64,000 bases of DNA from contig OX597816.1 of the NCBI GenBank assembly GCA_951406725.2, positions 87,172,001 through 87,236,000 on the forward strand. Direction: 5' to 3'. The number at the start of each line of letters is the position of its first letter. Within the stretch, counting starts at the first letter, position 1. Origin of the DNA: Octopus vulgaris (lineage: Eukaryota). A program made the translations under genes and the position numbers. Below the pieces are notes generated by a model. That model made no database searches and was not told the origin of the DNA. It saw only the letters and a list, made by a program, of their open reading frames with translations. Shown piece after piece: positions 1 through 13,664 of the stretch.

Positions 1-421
1 ATATTTATGTGTCTATTTAACTATCTCTCGTTCCTTTATATACATACATAGATACAAACACACATACATACATACATACATACATACATACATACATACA
101 TACATACATACATACATACATTCCTAAATATATAAATATATATATATATGTCTGTGTGTTTGTACATTTTTTTCATGCATAAAACAAATGTCGACTACAT
201 AACAAGTGTATGTGTACATACGTATTCATATCTTTTTGTTCACAAGAAGACAATTTAAATTTTATCACCATGAGTAAGACTAGAGAGATTGAGAAAATGA
301 GAAACGGGGAAAGACATGTGTATATATGTTTGTATAAATATATTTCAGTTTGTATATACATATAATATATTTGTAAATATAAATATATTTACATATCTAG
401 AGAGGAGACAGACAGAGTGAC

Positions 422-566
<145 letters not shown>

Positions 567-745
567 CATACATAGATATACTAAGTTGTCCTAAAACTGA
601 ATTTAGTAGGGGTTTTTTTTAATATTTTCTTTTAATATACTTCTTTTTTAAATGGTTATCATGTTTATTTCCACTAGAAATATTGCTACAATTTTATTAC
701 TACACATTTTTTGTGTATGATATCAGTTCAGCTCTGTTGGAAAGA

Positions 746-776
<31 letters not shown>

Positions 777-1316
777 CATACATACATACATACATACATA
801 GTGTATGTATGTGTATGTGAGAGAGTGAGAGTGAGAGCTATGAAGAACCCAAGCAATACTAAGAACATATTTCTGTGGTCTATCAATGTTTTAAGGCATT
901 TCACATTGAAAGAAGACAAATTGATTTCATTGTACCCAATCAGAAACTAGCATAAATAGTATATAACAAATCAAAAAAATTTTTAATCTTTGCTTCAACA
1001 ACAGACCTTAGACTTTCAAGCCATTGGAAAATTTCAAATGACTAACGTAATTTACAAATTTATATGTAAGCATTAAAGTCGTTAGCTACTAAAAACATAC
1101 GCCGATATTTTAGTTATTTTTTGTAGAATGTAAAACACAGATTTATATCGTATACGTACATGTACCTTGCTTTCCCACCAGCTAGTAAGACATCTAATAT
1201 AATGTGATATAGAATAGAATATATTACAGAACGCTACATAAAAATAAACAGAAGAAAACATATACTTAAAGCATGGTGCATTATATAGAATTAAAGAAAA
1301 AATCTTTTATAATGGA

Positions 1317-1713
1317 CTAGCAGTATCGCCCGGCGTTGCTCGGGTTTGTAAGGGAAATAACTATATAAGCAATTTTAGAGATGTAAAGTATAATAGCCAT
1401 CTCAATATGGCTAACCACAAAGGGTGGGGGTGTTACTGTAGCTTTTTACGTTCTGAGATTTAATAATAAATTTTTAGAGAGTTACTTCCCTTATATATGA
1501 CAAAAATGCATTACAAATGGGAAAAATTGATGGTAATTTTTTTTTAAATCGTAGACTCATCGTAGACGCGCGCTAATACCCAGAAGGGCTCGATATGAAT
1601 CACGACTATAAGATACCTGGTTTTGGTTAAACTGCACCGCAAAATGTGGGAGTAGTTAGGAATCTAAATCGTAGGAGACAGACAGCACACAACCTCAATT
1701 TTATATATAAAGA
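1317..1713 (-). mobile_element. Non-autonomous Helitron (about 400 bp)
   Basis: On the minus strand it starts TC (TCTTTATATATAAAA) and ends CTAG, with a GC hairpin CCCG-agcaacgc-CGGG just upstream of the end. It sits between host A and T with no TSD. These are the canonical Helitron termini. Confidence 0.85.
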
Positions 1714-2443
1714 TATACAAATTTGCAGACAATACTTTGGTGTGGTCATCCTTGTAATGGCTAAAAGAAACTAAAGAACAAGTATCCCATGTTCTCTTCC
1801 GGCTGACAGTGAATATACTACAAGGTGCCATTCGAATAAAAAAGCATATTTATCGTAGAACGTAATGAAACACTTATTCATCGTGAAGAGAGCTTTCCAA
1901 GGTTTCGACGAAGAACGTTCCGTTAAACCTTCATTGAGAAAATGAATTCTGAAAACAATGTGTAAAAGGGTGAGTATTCTACAGGATGAGCAGCCTTGAC
2001 AAATTTCTCGAGCAGAATCAGTGTTACAAGATGCTATGAGGTTGAAACTTTGAATTTCAAGTGCCATCCAGGAAAGATTGCGCATGTAATTATCACTTCA
2101 TGTGATAAGTTCTTCAAATCATAGAAGGATTTCTCGATGCTATTTTAACGTCAGCCTTATGTATGCGAGTAGGTCTGTGCTTGTATGTCTACGCGCGTCT
2201 GTGTGTGTGTGTGTGTGTGTGTATGCTCTCTGTACATATGTATATGTAAAGCAAAATAATACGAGTTACCATTAGTTTCACGATTCTCGTGTTCAAACCC
2301 TGTTTGTCCCTACCGCGTTAGAAATTTACGTTTTTGTCTGTAAAATACCAAACACATCCGACATTTCCAAAGTTTACTTATCAAATTTTGTCGCATTCGA
2401 AAAAGCTATTATTTAGCTTTCAAATTGTCTGTAATTGTTGTCA

Positions 2444-2767
2444 GCGGGACGTTTAACTTAATGGTAGGGTACTCAGTCGGAAGGCGGCGAGCTGGCAGAA
2501 ACGTTAGCACGCCGGGCGAAATGCTGAGAAGTATGAGTTATGAGTTTTCCTTTAAAATTCCGCCGAGGTCGATTTTGCCTTTCATCCTTTCGGAGTCGAT
2601 TTAAATAAGTACCAGTTACGCACTGGGGTCGAAATAATCGACTTAATCTGTTTGTCTGTCCTTGATTGTCCCCTCTGTGTTTAGCCCCTTGTGGGTAGTA
2701 AAGAAATAGGTAGAGTACTCAGTCGGTATCCAAGGGTTATGGGTTCGATTCCCGTAGTTGCCCGCCA
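2444..2767 (+). pseudogene. tRNA-like sequence split by the SINE insertion
   Basis: Removing the SINE and one TSD gives GCGGGAC..TTAATGGTAGRG..ATGGG-TTCGATT-CCCGT..GCCCGCCA, with A/B boxes, a T-arm and GCGGG/CCCGC acceptor pairing. The anticodon arm is degenerate. Confidence 0.5.
2481..2708 (+). mobile_element. tRNA-derived SINE with Deu/Nin-like central domain, 18-bp TSD
   Basis: Head AAGGCGGCGAGCTGGCAGAAACGTTAGCAC; core GGTCGATTTTGCCTTTCATCCTTTCGGAGTCGAT...AAGTACCAG. TSD GGTAGRGTACTCAGTCGG at 2463-2480 and 2709-2726. Confidence 0.9.
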
Positions 2768-3399
2768 ACAACCCCCTTTCTGTCTTGTAAGCGTAAATAC
2801 GCAATATTTCTGCTGTTTTCACGGCTATACTATGTTCGAAATTTACATTGTCTGTAAAATACTAAACACATTCGGCGCTTCCAAAGTTTGTTTATAAAAT
2901 GTTGTTGCATTCGAAAAAGCTATTGTTTATCTTTAAAATTGGCGGTAATTGTTGTCGACTTCCGTAGCCGCCTGCTGGCAACTTTTATTACTTCCGTCTG
3001 CAATATGTGTCTTGAAAACGCATTTTGCAGATTTTCCTTTCCATCAGCAGCTGAGCGGGATTTCCCTTTGTGATCTTAAGTCTGGTGGAAACCAGTTTTT
3101 GAAGTTGATGGGAAACGAAAATAGTTTTTCGTTTAACAATACTCACTTGCTCAATAAAATTTAGGGCATAATTACCGAAGTATACCCGCTGAATTTTTTT
3201 TTCTCGTAACTTTCTGCAAAATGGGAATTAATTACAAATTTTATAAATGCGTTTCAGATGGTGCATACTATGATTATATTGGAATGTGTGTGGAAAACCT
3301 TCTGGGGCGAAAAAGTTTCGGATAAATCACGAGTCGACTGCTCTCCATAATTTTCTGAAAAAGAGAACGTTTTTAATGAAATTTTCAAGAAATAACTTT

Positions 3400-3950
3400 C
3401 AGTTGTTTTAGATTAGGATTCATGCCCACTTTCCCTCCTCCCCTGCCTCTACCTCTCTCTCTTCTCTCCCCACGTGACTGGTGTTCGGCCAAGCCTGACC
3501 TTTCTTTCTTGGTTCGACTACCATTTATGCAACATCCATATTCCTCCCTGTGCCTGTCAAACCCTATGTCCCTGCCGTAAGGCTTTACTTCCACACACGC
3601 CAGCTTAATTTAATTCGTCCTTAGTCGAAAGATACCTGTTGTTATTTGCATTTTTATTTGTGTAACATTTCTCCGTTTTTCTGTCCTTGTTTTCGTGTAC
3701 ATTCGCTGCTTTCTTCCAAGGAATCTAATGCTCTTAGCTTAGTTTTTTCCTTGGGGCTGGCCAGATTGGAGCAACCTCGAGTGTAACCAGCTGAAATTGC
3801 AAAGATAATCTGGAACTCGACTGAGGAAAGAAAACTCCGAATGACCCGTTCTTGTTTTCTTTGTATCGTTGGTTTGGATGTTTTGCGTTCTTGTCCTATT
3901 TTTGTATTTTTTATAAATAGATATATAGCGGCGTACGTACACTTTGGTCT
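3400..3950 (+). mobile_element. Diverged copy of the non-coding Penelope-pLTR/retrozyme-like family (related to 57640-57910 and 61833-62880)
   Basis: Shared blocks: AATTCGTCC..GTCGAAAGA, TTTCTTCCAAGGAATCTAATGC, GGGCTGGCCAGATTGGAGCAA, GACTGAGGA..GAATGACCCGT. Ends in (TA)n. Confidence 0.75.
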
Positions 3951-3992
<42 letters not shown>

Positions 3993-3996
<4 letters not shown>

Positions 3997-4125
3997 GGGC
4001 TTCTTTCAGTTTCTCTCTACCAAATCCACTCACAAGGATTTGGTCGGCCCAAGGTTATACTAGAAGACACTTGCTGATGGTGCCACGCAGTGAGACTGAG
4101 CCCAGAACCATGTGCTTGGGAATTA
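3993..4125 (-). mobile_element. Partial tRNA-derived SINE, same family as 14413-14778
   Basis: GGGCTTCTTTCAGTTTC..ACCAAATCCACTCACAAGG..GGTGCCACGCAGTG matches the reverse complement of the family body. Confidence 0.8.
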
Positions 4126-4631
4126 AAAAACTTTTGAGGACTATTCCACCGTTTCCCGAAAATTGACTAACGTAAGTAAATTAAAGCCCGTTTTCCTATT
4201 CAGATTTCTATTTCTTCAACAACGTCCAAATATGAAAAGGTACAACAATCAGTATAATTTGGTTGACACTGGATTAAACTTATAATTCGTAGAAAGTAGC
4301 TTTACAAATACTTGGTCAACCTTTATGACCAAATTTAAACTACCCTGCACTAAATCGAAATGCCGCATTGAGTAAGATTTGTGATTCAAACATATACTCG
4401 AAATATTCGATAATGAAAACAATCTTCAAAACCGAATTTTCATAAAAACGTATTAAAACTGGAATTTAAAAAAAAATTTCCAGACAGCCTAACCTTTGAT
4501 AAATTGATTTCTTTTAGAGAAAGTTACATATAACCAACTAATTAATAAGCAGCTTACTCTATTAGAGCATAGATACATAATTTATGGTCATATTTATCAA
4601 CATCGTTATCATTATTATTACTAAGAAATAA

Positions 4632-5330
4632 TTATTAGCGGCAGAAGCAATACTAAATACCAAAAGGCAATGTTTATATCCAACTTAACATGGGTGTATT
4701 ATTAGAGCACAGAATACTGCGTTATTTACTTAGAGTGAACCTCTCATATGGATGCATGGGACATAAAAACACATATATTTATATGGATAGCTGACGAGAA
4801 TCGTCTGCAACAGGCGCCGGCCTGGTAAGTCACACGATTTCGACGTTCCCCGTCTCTTCTCTTTTATGAGTTCTTAAAAGTAGTCAGATTCGTATCGCAT
4901 AATTATATGCATTATGCGTCTATATGAGAAGTCAGCTAATGAAACAACGCAGTATTCGGCACTCTAACAATACATATTAAGTTGGATATAAAGATTGTAT
5001 TTTTATATCAATTCTGCTTCTGTCGCTAATTATTTTTTTTTAATAAGCTTGTTGGCTATTTGCAAAATCAGTTTCTGAAGGGTCACCGAAATTCTATATA
5101 TCACTGGCAGTAATATTTGCCTATATGCGACTACCGGATGTAATGCTACTGAAGAGGTGGGACACGTCGATATCACGTGATCTGAGAGTTTCAGCGCCCA
5201 TAGCAGACAATTCAATAAATATGTGTGCTTTTATGCACGATGCGCCTATATGAGAGGTCTTCACAAAGTAAATACGCAGTATTCGGTACTTTAACAAAAC
5301 AACCATATTAAATTGGATATAAAGATTATT
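4632..5330. mobile_element. Degenerate foldback/MITE-like element with about 140-bp inverted arms plus a third arm copy
   Basis: 4632-4780 is the imperfect reverse complement of 4900-5030 and of 5217-5330 (shared TATGAGA..ACGCAGTATTC..TTGGATATAAA). Confidence 0.65.
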
Positions 5331-5341
5331 ATCACTGTTGC

Positions 5342-5548
5342 TTAAGGTGGTGAGCTGGTAGAATCGTTAGCACGGACAAAATGCTTAGCGCTATTTCGTT
5401 TGTCTTTTTTTTAGTTCAGATGCTGCCGGAGTCGACTTTCTTTCTCATCCTTTATGGGTCGATAAAGTAAAGTACCGGTCGAGAGCTGTGGTTGATGTAA
5501 TCGACTTTCCATCCCTTCAAAAGTTGCTGGCCTTGAGCCAAAATTAGG
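5342..5548 (+). mobile_element. Deu/Nin-domain tRNA SINE, diverged
   Basis: AAGGTGGTGAGCTGGTAGAATCGTTAGCAC head and CATCCTTT..GGGTCGATAAA..GTACC core. Confidence 0.8.
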
Positions 5549-8500
5549 AAGATTATTTTTGTTGTCGTTACTGTCCTCAAGTCACGATGTAGGGTCGCAT
5601 ATTAATTATAAAAAGTTAGGCAATTACTTTGAAGAGTCGAAGCTGCACAGCATGCCATCAAGCAATATTATAGAGATACCTGAACGTATTCTACTAACTT
5701 GCTGCAAGATATTTTCAATCGTATTCATCTATTTATCTATAATCCCGTATTTCATTGTAGAGTTATACTATCTTCGTTACATCACAGAAATTAATTTTAA
5801 AATTAATTTTTTGCTCTTCTTTGGGTCTTTTAGAAAATTCCATTACTTTTAATTAGTATCGTTACATGCCTATCGTACCCTAACTTCCTCAGCTATTTTA
5901 TGACATTTTTTATTAGTTTATTGAAATGCCTCATTCAAGGAACTATTATGAATATTTTCTCCCCTTGACCTATCAGTCTACAGAATTTTAAATTGAACTT
6001 TGCCATTAATGTTGAATATAATCATTATTCACTCAAGCTATCTGTAAAGCCATCTTAATCTTATTTTACTTTAAACTGATACGTTCACAACACAAAATAT
6101 TCTAAACATAAGATTAATGTCGCGTGGCTTTTAAACTTAAAATTACCACATAAACCCTTTTAAAACAATTTTAATGAGTCATTTATCTCTTATACAACTC
6201 TTTATTTATAATTTTTTCAATAATACTTTTTTGCCATTTTATTCAAATTACCGTTTATTGCTTCCTCCTCTAGACACCATTCAATTTTTGTCATTATGGT
6301 ATACACCACTGTATTCAAAATTTCTAATCTTGCGTATCTCTTATTTATTTATTTTTTTACTGTCAAATGTAATTCTTCTTTATTCACTTTGTTTTTTGAA
6401 TTCATCATTTATTATCATGTAGCTTCAATACTTCGATATTGTGACTTGCTTATTTTTACAATGACATTGTAAGTATGAAAGGCCAGATCTAGCTTGCTTG
6501 AACTTAAAATAGAAAATTTGGGCCATATAGTAGGTTACGATTCTAAAGAGACATGCCATACATATATGTTAGCTGGTTGATAATAAGATTATATTTACCA
6601 AAGAGATCACTGAAGTCACAAAATTTCATAGAAAACTAAATGTGTCAAAATATTGCAAATAAGCATGAAAAACTGAACAAAATTGCAGTAACCCTGCTTT
6701 TTTTTTCTTTTTCAATTTTTTAAATCAAAGATTTCCAACCACCAAACTCAAACCATTTCTATTTGTTCTTTGTTACTCCTTTTTCACCACTCAATACTGC
6801 CGATTTCTTTCCAGTTCTTCACGCCAACTTTTATACAACTTACATCTATTTATGTATGTTTTCTAACGAAACTGTTAGCTTTTAGTGAAATTTAAAACAA
6901 CTGTAATCTTTATTATCATATGATTATATATAAATCGAAATTATTTTAAATTTATCATTTCACTGTTTCGTTCTTCCAGGTTACAAACAGTTGTAAAATA
7001 TAGAATGTAAATATGTTCGAATCCCAAATAGTTTAAAGAGCGCAATAATAACCCCCTCACATATAAACACACACTGTGACCTTCTAGATTTCTGACATGA
7101 AGCAATTGAAAAATACCATATTTATCGATTGATATGGCGCCATTTTCCCATAAAAGATGTCCCAGAAAATCAACCAGTATTTTATAAATACAAAGTCAGA
7201 GTTTGGCTTATCAGATGCCGTAATGCGCTTCAACTACCACTTGCCAGTAACTTCCAATTATAGATATCTCTATTATAAAACTATATTTCAGAGTTATTAA
7301 TGTTTTCTAAGATAACAATGCATGCATATCAACAGTATTTGCGTCATATATAACAACATCTGTTTGGAAGAAAATTAAATAAAATTGCTTCAATAAACAC
7401 CATAATCAAATTAGCAGTCGTTTACATACCAAACTTAAAATACTGAACAAAATTAAGGCATTTTGCTATATGTAAAATAATCAGTATTTCACGATGTAAA
7501 ATGAGTTAATAGTCAATATTATATTACATTATGCTGTATTGTATTATATGTTATGTTATGGTGTATCACTTACTGAATACCCATACGCTATATTACGTAA
7601 CACAGTATAATAAAAAAAATATATAATATGCTATAATATTGGCTATTAACCCATTTTATACAGTGATACTTTGACAAAATTTTAAGACTTCCAGATTTGT
7701 GATTATACCTGTGCCTGCCTATAAAAAAGAATAATTTTGAGACAAGAATTATGTAACATATTTTTGTAGGAACCTTTTGTTGCGTACGAAACGCAACTTT
7801 CATATATGATTAAACAAAATAAAATAAGTCGTAGTTATTTTATGAATTCAGTCTAAACACAAATATTTTAAAATTTTATTAAAACACATAGGTTGTATTT
7901 TTTAGTAAAAAATAAAAGCAAAAAAGTTAAAGATATCTCAATATAAAAAAGGATAGCGAGACTTCATAAGAATCGAAAAACATCAAACTATAAAATTAAC
8001 TGACAGTGGGGGAGGGGACAGTGAATGTCAAGCATAAATGGTGTTTTTACTTTTTCTTTTTTTTCTTTTTTCTTTTTTTCAAGAAAACCGACAAAAATTG
8101 ATGGGCGCTTTATGGATTAAATATTTGTCTGGATGAAATATTGTGTTATCATATGTAACATTTCTCGAAAAGCGAGTACTTTTGACTCAGAGACTGAACG
8201 ACGATATGTAGAATAAAGTGTTCTGCCAACAATAAAGTGTTCTTCGCAGGTATTACTTCCATAGTGGATAATGGTACAATTGCTATTCGGTATGAGCATA
8301 TCTAAGCCGGCGTCAGCCGTAAAAATATGGATGAAGGGCATAAGAATATGGATGAAGAAGGGACTTCGGGAGATGGAGGGCTGATGTTCTGGTGTGAAAG
8401 GACCAAGTATAGACATTAGAAAAACCTAGTGATGAAACACAATTTATAAGAGACGGAGAGGTTGGTGTAGTTGAGAGGAACATAATTTTTATAGTAGTTA

Positions 8501-8732
8501 CAGAATAAACAGAGAGATTTGACAGCCTTCTCCCATTGTTTCGTAAGGATTGTAGCGGTTCAAGCAACTATTTGAATCTGAATTATTTTTTATCTTCACA
8601 TACGAAAGCTAAACTTTAAAAGAATGTTGTAAGAGTAACCCACAAGGATCACGTATTGTGAGTCCTTACCATTTTTGTCTTTTTGTGGGTGTATTTTATA
8701 TAATTTTATGTCTAAATAGTGTTTCCTTGGTT

Positions 8733-8965
8733 AAGGCTGCGAGCTGGCAGAAACGTTAGCACGTCGGGCGAAATGCTTAGCAGTATTTCGTCTGTCTTTA
8801 CGTTCTGAGTTCAAATTCTTCCGAGGTCAACTTTGCCTTTCATCCTTTCGGTGTCGATAAATTGAGTACCAGTTACGCACTGGGGTCGATGTAATTGACT
8901 TAAACCCTTTGTCTATCCTTATTTTTCCTCTCTATGTTTAGCCCCTTGTGAGCAATAAAGAAATA
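8733..8965 (+). mobile_element. Full-length Deu/Nin-domain tRNA SINE with TSD
   Basis: Same head and core as 2481-2708; TSD AGTGTTTCCTTG at 8718-8729 and 8966-8977. Confidence 0.9.
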
Positions 8966-10192
8966 AGTGTTTCCTTGATATGAACAGTGATTGTGTCTTT
9001 ATGTATTTCTATTATTCAAAGAAGGTAGATATATTTTTATCAATAGTCTTTTACTTGTTTCAGTCTAGGACGCTGCCTTGAAGAGGTTTTAGTCGAACAT
9101 ATCGACCACAATGCTTTTTTGCTAAACATGGCACTTTTTTACCGAACCGCTAAGTTACGGGGATGTAAACCAACTTCTAAGCAAATAGCCATGCCTGCGC
9201 TTATGAGAATGCTTTTAATACATCTATTCATGGTGGTGTCTAAGTTGCATGTAGAAGTAATGAGCTGAAGATTAGTAAGCGTTATTATGTTAAAGAAAGC
9301 ATCAGGCGAGTTGAAATAACCTATTCATTAAACTGATTGGCGGTGCTTATTACTGATTTTGCTCGATTTACATCTTTGTCAGCTTTCAACGACCTCGTGT
9401 ATTTTGATTTAGCTGCATCCAAAGATTCTTTCTGTATTTCTAAAAGAATTTTGTTGCTGATTAAAATATCCTTGAAAACTATTTTCGCTTTATCCAGATG
9501 TACTATTTGAGAACTGAATTACCACCTGTAAATACTTCTACACAATAAGCTATCGATTTCGAAAGACAAGAAATATTTAATGGTCAGTTTAAAGAGTTCA
9601 GAAAGTGGCATGAAGAGTATTAGAAGTAAATGATGTGTAAGATTTTACTATCGTTGTCGGCTATTTCGGTGTAAAGTCACCTGTACAGTTTCACATTATT
9701 TCTATTAAAAAATTTTATAGTATTTGTGATTCTTCGAAAGTGTTTATCGGTTAAAAGAATGGAGCATTAAAACAAATGATTTTACGTGTTCCATTGTCAT
9801 GTGCCAGAGAATTAAGACTTTTCATGTAATTAATTTTATCTTTAAAACCGCTTCGTTTTAACGCCTAATTATAATAATAGACTATTTTGTTGAAAGATTT
9901 CTGGGATGAAATATAGGATAATCATACGGTAACATTTTCTATAAATTATTAATAATGACAGGTGGATGACTTGAGGCAGCATTTATGTGTTCTAACGTTT
10001 ATTTGGCTTCTTAAAAGCTAAGTACTTACTTGTTTTTAAAGTTAACTTTACATCTCAAACATTAACTATGTATAAATCTGTTTCAACTGCAACTCTTAGG
10101 TTTCCTTCTTGAGATAATTCAAAGAGATAGAACTGTTCTAAATTTATTTAACTGTTGCGTTTTCATATAGCGTGTGTGTAACAATTAAACGA

Positions 10193-11243
10193 TCACTTCA
10201 ATATATTCACATTTTATATTATTAAACTTATTGTTTAACAGATTTAAAATATACAGGGTAATGACCTCACCAATTTTAACACAGCCTAATCAACCCATAA
10301 ACATTATTCTTCTTTAAACAACCTTCTTCAAGACAACCAATTAGCATAATTCTTCTTTAACCACTTGGTACTATCGCAAGTATGTAATGACACTTGTGAT
10401 ATTTGAGACAAAAATTGCAATATTATTTTTGCAAAAAATAAAATTCAATTACCGATGTATAAAATCCAATTATGCAAAATGGTCAGTCTATATCGTTGTT
10501 TCTGTTATTGGGCCAATTAATAGCACAAGAACTGTATTCCGTGATACGATACTGGTCGTTTGTATAAATCAACGGATTAAACAAACAACTACTTTGCCAT
10601 TATGAAATAACAGCACTTAGTATCAGTAAGATAATCTTGTCTATGTTTATCTTGCGTAATAAATTCGGGTAAACTATTTAGGTTTTCCCTATTTCAGGTT
10701 ATTAATCTCTATGATGGAAATTGGTAAAAATTTCGTTTGTCCTATTTAACCTTTTGACAGTGAAATTAAATTTCATGGTCATTTTTCTAATGATGTTAAT
10801 TATTTATCAAAAAATAGAAAGCGTATTTTCTGCTTCTCCAATACTTATTTTAGTATTCTGTGTAAGTCTGGTTTTCATACAACCACAAAAAGTATGTTAT
10901 TCTTGCCCTGTAAAGAGATATTGGATGAATTATTTTCTTTTTTAAATCAAGAGAATTTGCAAAATTGTCTTTTGAAGAAAAGTGCCACTGATGGTGTCTC
11001 TGCTTCTCGCATAATTAGGAGAGGGTTTTTGACAAAACCATGGGGCTAAAATCGCTTTCCGCAATTAACGGTAATAAAATTTTGAGAGGATATATCACAT
11101 CGATATATAAACATTTTATATTATTGAACGCTTTACTCGACAAATTTAGAATAAACAGGTTAATGACCTCACTGATTTTAACACAGTCTAGACAACCCAT
11201 AAACAATTCTTCTGTCAACAACCTTCTTCAAGACAACCAATTA
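10193..11243. repeat. Diverged direct repeat of about 150 bp (10193-10343 and 11096-11243)
   Basis: Shared ACATTTTATATTATT..TAATGACCTCAC..TTTTAACACAG..CAACCCATAAACA..ACAACCTTCTTCAAGACAACCAATTA. Confidence 0.85.
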
Positions 11244-11567
11244 ACGTTTTACACGTTCGAAAAATTAAAGATAATGTAAGACTTGTGTAAGACAATGCTC
11301 TTAACCCTCTTATCAATATCGTATTTTGTAATTCTTTAGCTTCTAAATTATTGAATTCATCTAGAATAAGGTAATAACTACATCAAAAGACTGCGGAGTT
11401 AACGTAAGCAAAACTAATAGCTGCGAGTTGTAAGGATTCGGTTTGAAATAAAATTTGTATATGAAAAGGTGTGTGTTTCTTTGTGTGTCTGTTTGTATCT
11501 GTCTGTCTATGAGTGTATACATATACATGTATACATACATACACGCACACACATACACACAAACATA

Positions 11568-12424
11568 CAGGGTGCGATGGGTAAATTGTCGCTGCTTTAT
11601 AGCTTTAATTTCGTGCAAGCACATTGTGCGTTTTTGATTTTGTTGGCTACACAGTATGGTAGGGTCAGTTGGGCACCATCTGCGAGAAAAACAGGACCAT
11701 GATTCAATTTTCTCTGCCAGAAATTTGGAAACGACATGCTGTACTGCTTGGCATTCGCAACGGAAGCTCCAATACGAATATTTCAGAGTATTTGGGTGTC
11801 AATCTGAAGACAGTGCAATCTGAGGACACGTACCGAGAGTGATAAAAATTAAACATCCAGTGAACATCATGGTGTTTGAAGTGATCACCAGTGATGGCGA
11901 CGTTATGTCGCTATTCATCTTCCCCACACTGCCTCACACTCAACAGGGGGCCTACCTCAAGTGCCCGGTGGAGGTAGTGCAGCCCTGGGTGAAGCGGGTG
12001 GCTGCTGGAAGACCCTGTCTGGCAACAGGACTCTGCACCTTGCCACACAAGCAGGGGAACCCAGTCATGGCTGTCAAACAATTTCTGCGACCACATCACC
12101 CCTAACATGTGGTCACCTAACTCCCCAGACTTGCAGCCCCCTTGATTATTATGTGTAGAGAGCAGTTGAGCGAGAGACCAACAAAATTCATTGTAACACC
12201 AAACATGAACTGAAGGCAAGGATTATAGCAGCATTCCCTAACTTAAACAAGGAGACAGTCCAGAAGAGTTGCAGGACATACCGAAGTCGTCTGGAGGCCG
12301 TGGTCGAAGCCATTGGCGATTATATTTAATAAATTTACTCTTTAGTATTTCAAGATATTTTTATGTAATTTTGGCAAATGTATCCGTTAGAATAAGCTGT
12401 CAGTGTAATATTCACCGCACCCTC
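11568..12424 (+). mobile_element. Internally deleted Tc1/mariner DD37D (maT-type) transposon
   Basis: TA-CAGGGTGCG left end and CGCACCCT right end. Broken frames give MVFEVITSDGDVM..PWVKRVAAGRP..WQQDSAPCHTSR..HITPNMWSPNSPDLQ/CSPLDYYV, with about 37 aa between the last two catalytic Asp. Confidence 0.88.
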
Positions 12425-12526
12425 TCTCTCTCTCCCTCTACATATATATGTTTGTGTCTGTGTGTGTGTATATATATATATATATATACATATTTGTGTG
12501 TGTGTGTGTGTGTGTATATGTATATA

Positions 12527-12724
12527 GTAAATCCCAAAAAGAAGAACAACAAACATAAAAAATAAGAACAACGCGAGCACGCGGTACATGTAATGTATTA
12601 GCTGACGCCCAGGGAAGGAAAATATGATTTAACGTTTCGAGCAACGCTCTGCTTTAGAAACAGAGGAAAGTCCAATAGAAAGGAAGACGGAGGAAGAACA
12701 TCGCCAACGAATCACATGTGGTTA
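12527..12724 (-). mobile_element. About 200-bp pLTR-like element with decayed minimal hammerhead (family of 25970-26183)
   Basis: Minus strand TTT-CTAAAGCA-GAGC-gtt-GCTC-GAAACGTT-AAA. Homologous to the 26.0 and 27.1 kb copies and flanked by TA/TG repeats. Confidence 0.7.
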
Positions 12725-12734
12725 TACATATACA

Positions 12735-12774
<40 letters not shown>

Positions 12775-13603
12775 GCAAATAATATAATATAATATAATAT
12801 AGTATAACATACTATGAGATGGCAAAGGAATAAACGATAAGTCATGATTTTAAGATGGATGTACTGCTGAAAAGGCGCTAGACTGCGTTCGCTGAAATAC
12901 CTACCACTGAAACAAGTTCCATAAGGAAAATATTCAGACAAGGTCTGGCAGATAGACGGTGACTGCAGCGACTGGTAAAAAAAGTAATGCTAATATGAAT
13001 AATAATCAGATTAGGAGACTGGGTTTTTATAGTAAAAAGACCGTACGGGTCATAAACATTATGTGTTGAAATTTCCATAAGGCGGATCATTAAAATTATA
13101 AAATAAAGTTATCGTTCAATTAAATTATAGAAGAAAATATTAAAAACTTGAAAAATTCAAATCGTGCGAAGATGCCAGCTATAAAAATTAGAAAGTTATC
13201 TTGAGGAAATCATGCAATGAATAATATGACTAGAAAATTTCATTTGCTTGGGGGTAAAAGAGCACACACATACTCACACACAGATTCTCGCTCATGATTC
13301 ATATATATATATATATATATTTAAGCACATATACATATAGATAAGTGTGTGTGTATCTGTGTAATATAAGCTATATAAAATATATGGAAATGTACTTTCT
13401 ATATTTTACGTTGGGTAGAGTGGATAGATATATCTATTATATCTACTTATGAGTTTCGCTTTTGGCTGCTCATGACTGTAGAGAGGAGAGAAGAAAGTGG
13501 GGATAAGCTTTCTCTAAAACAAGTCAGTTAACATCTCAAATATCCCTACACAATCATAAGATATAAGGAGTGTCTCTGCACATTCACGTAGGAAAAAAAA
13601 AAA

Positions 13604-13664
<61 letters not shown>

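Noticed and set aside
8117-8567. Overlapping 84-99 aa ORFs
   Set aside because: No recognisable motif or splice support in any frame.
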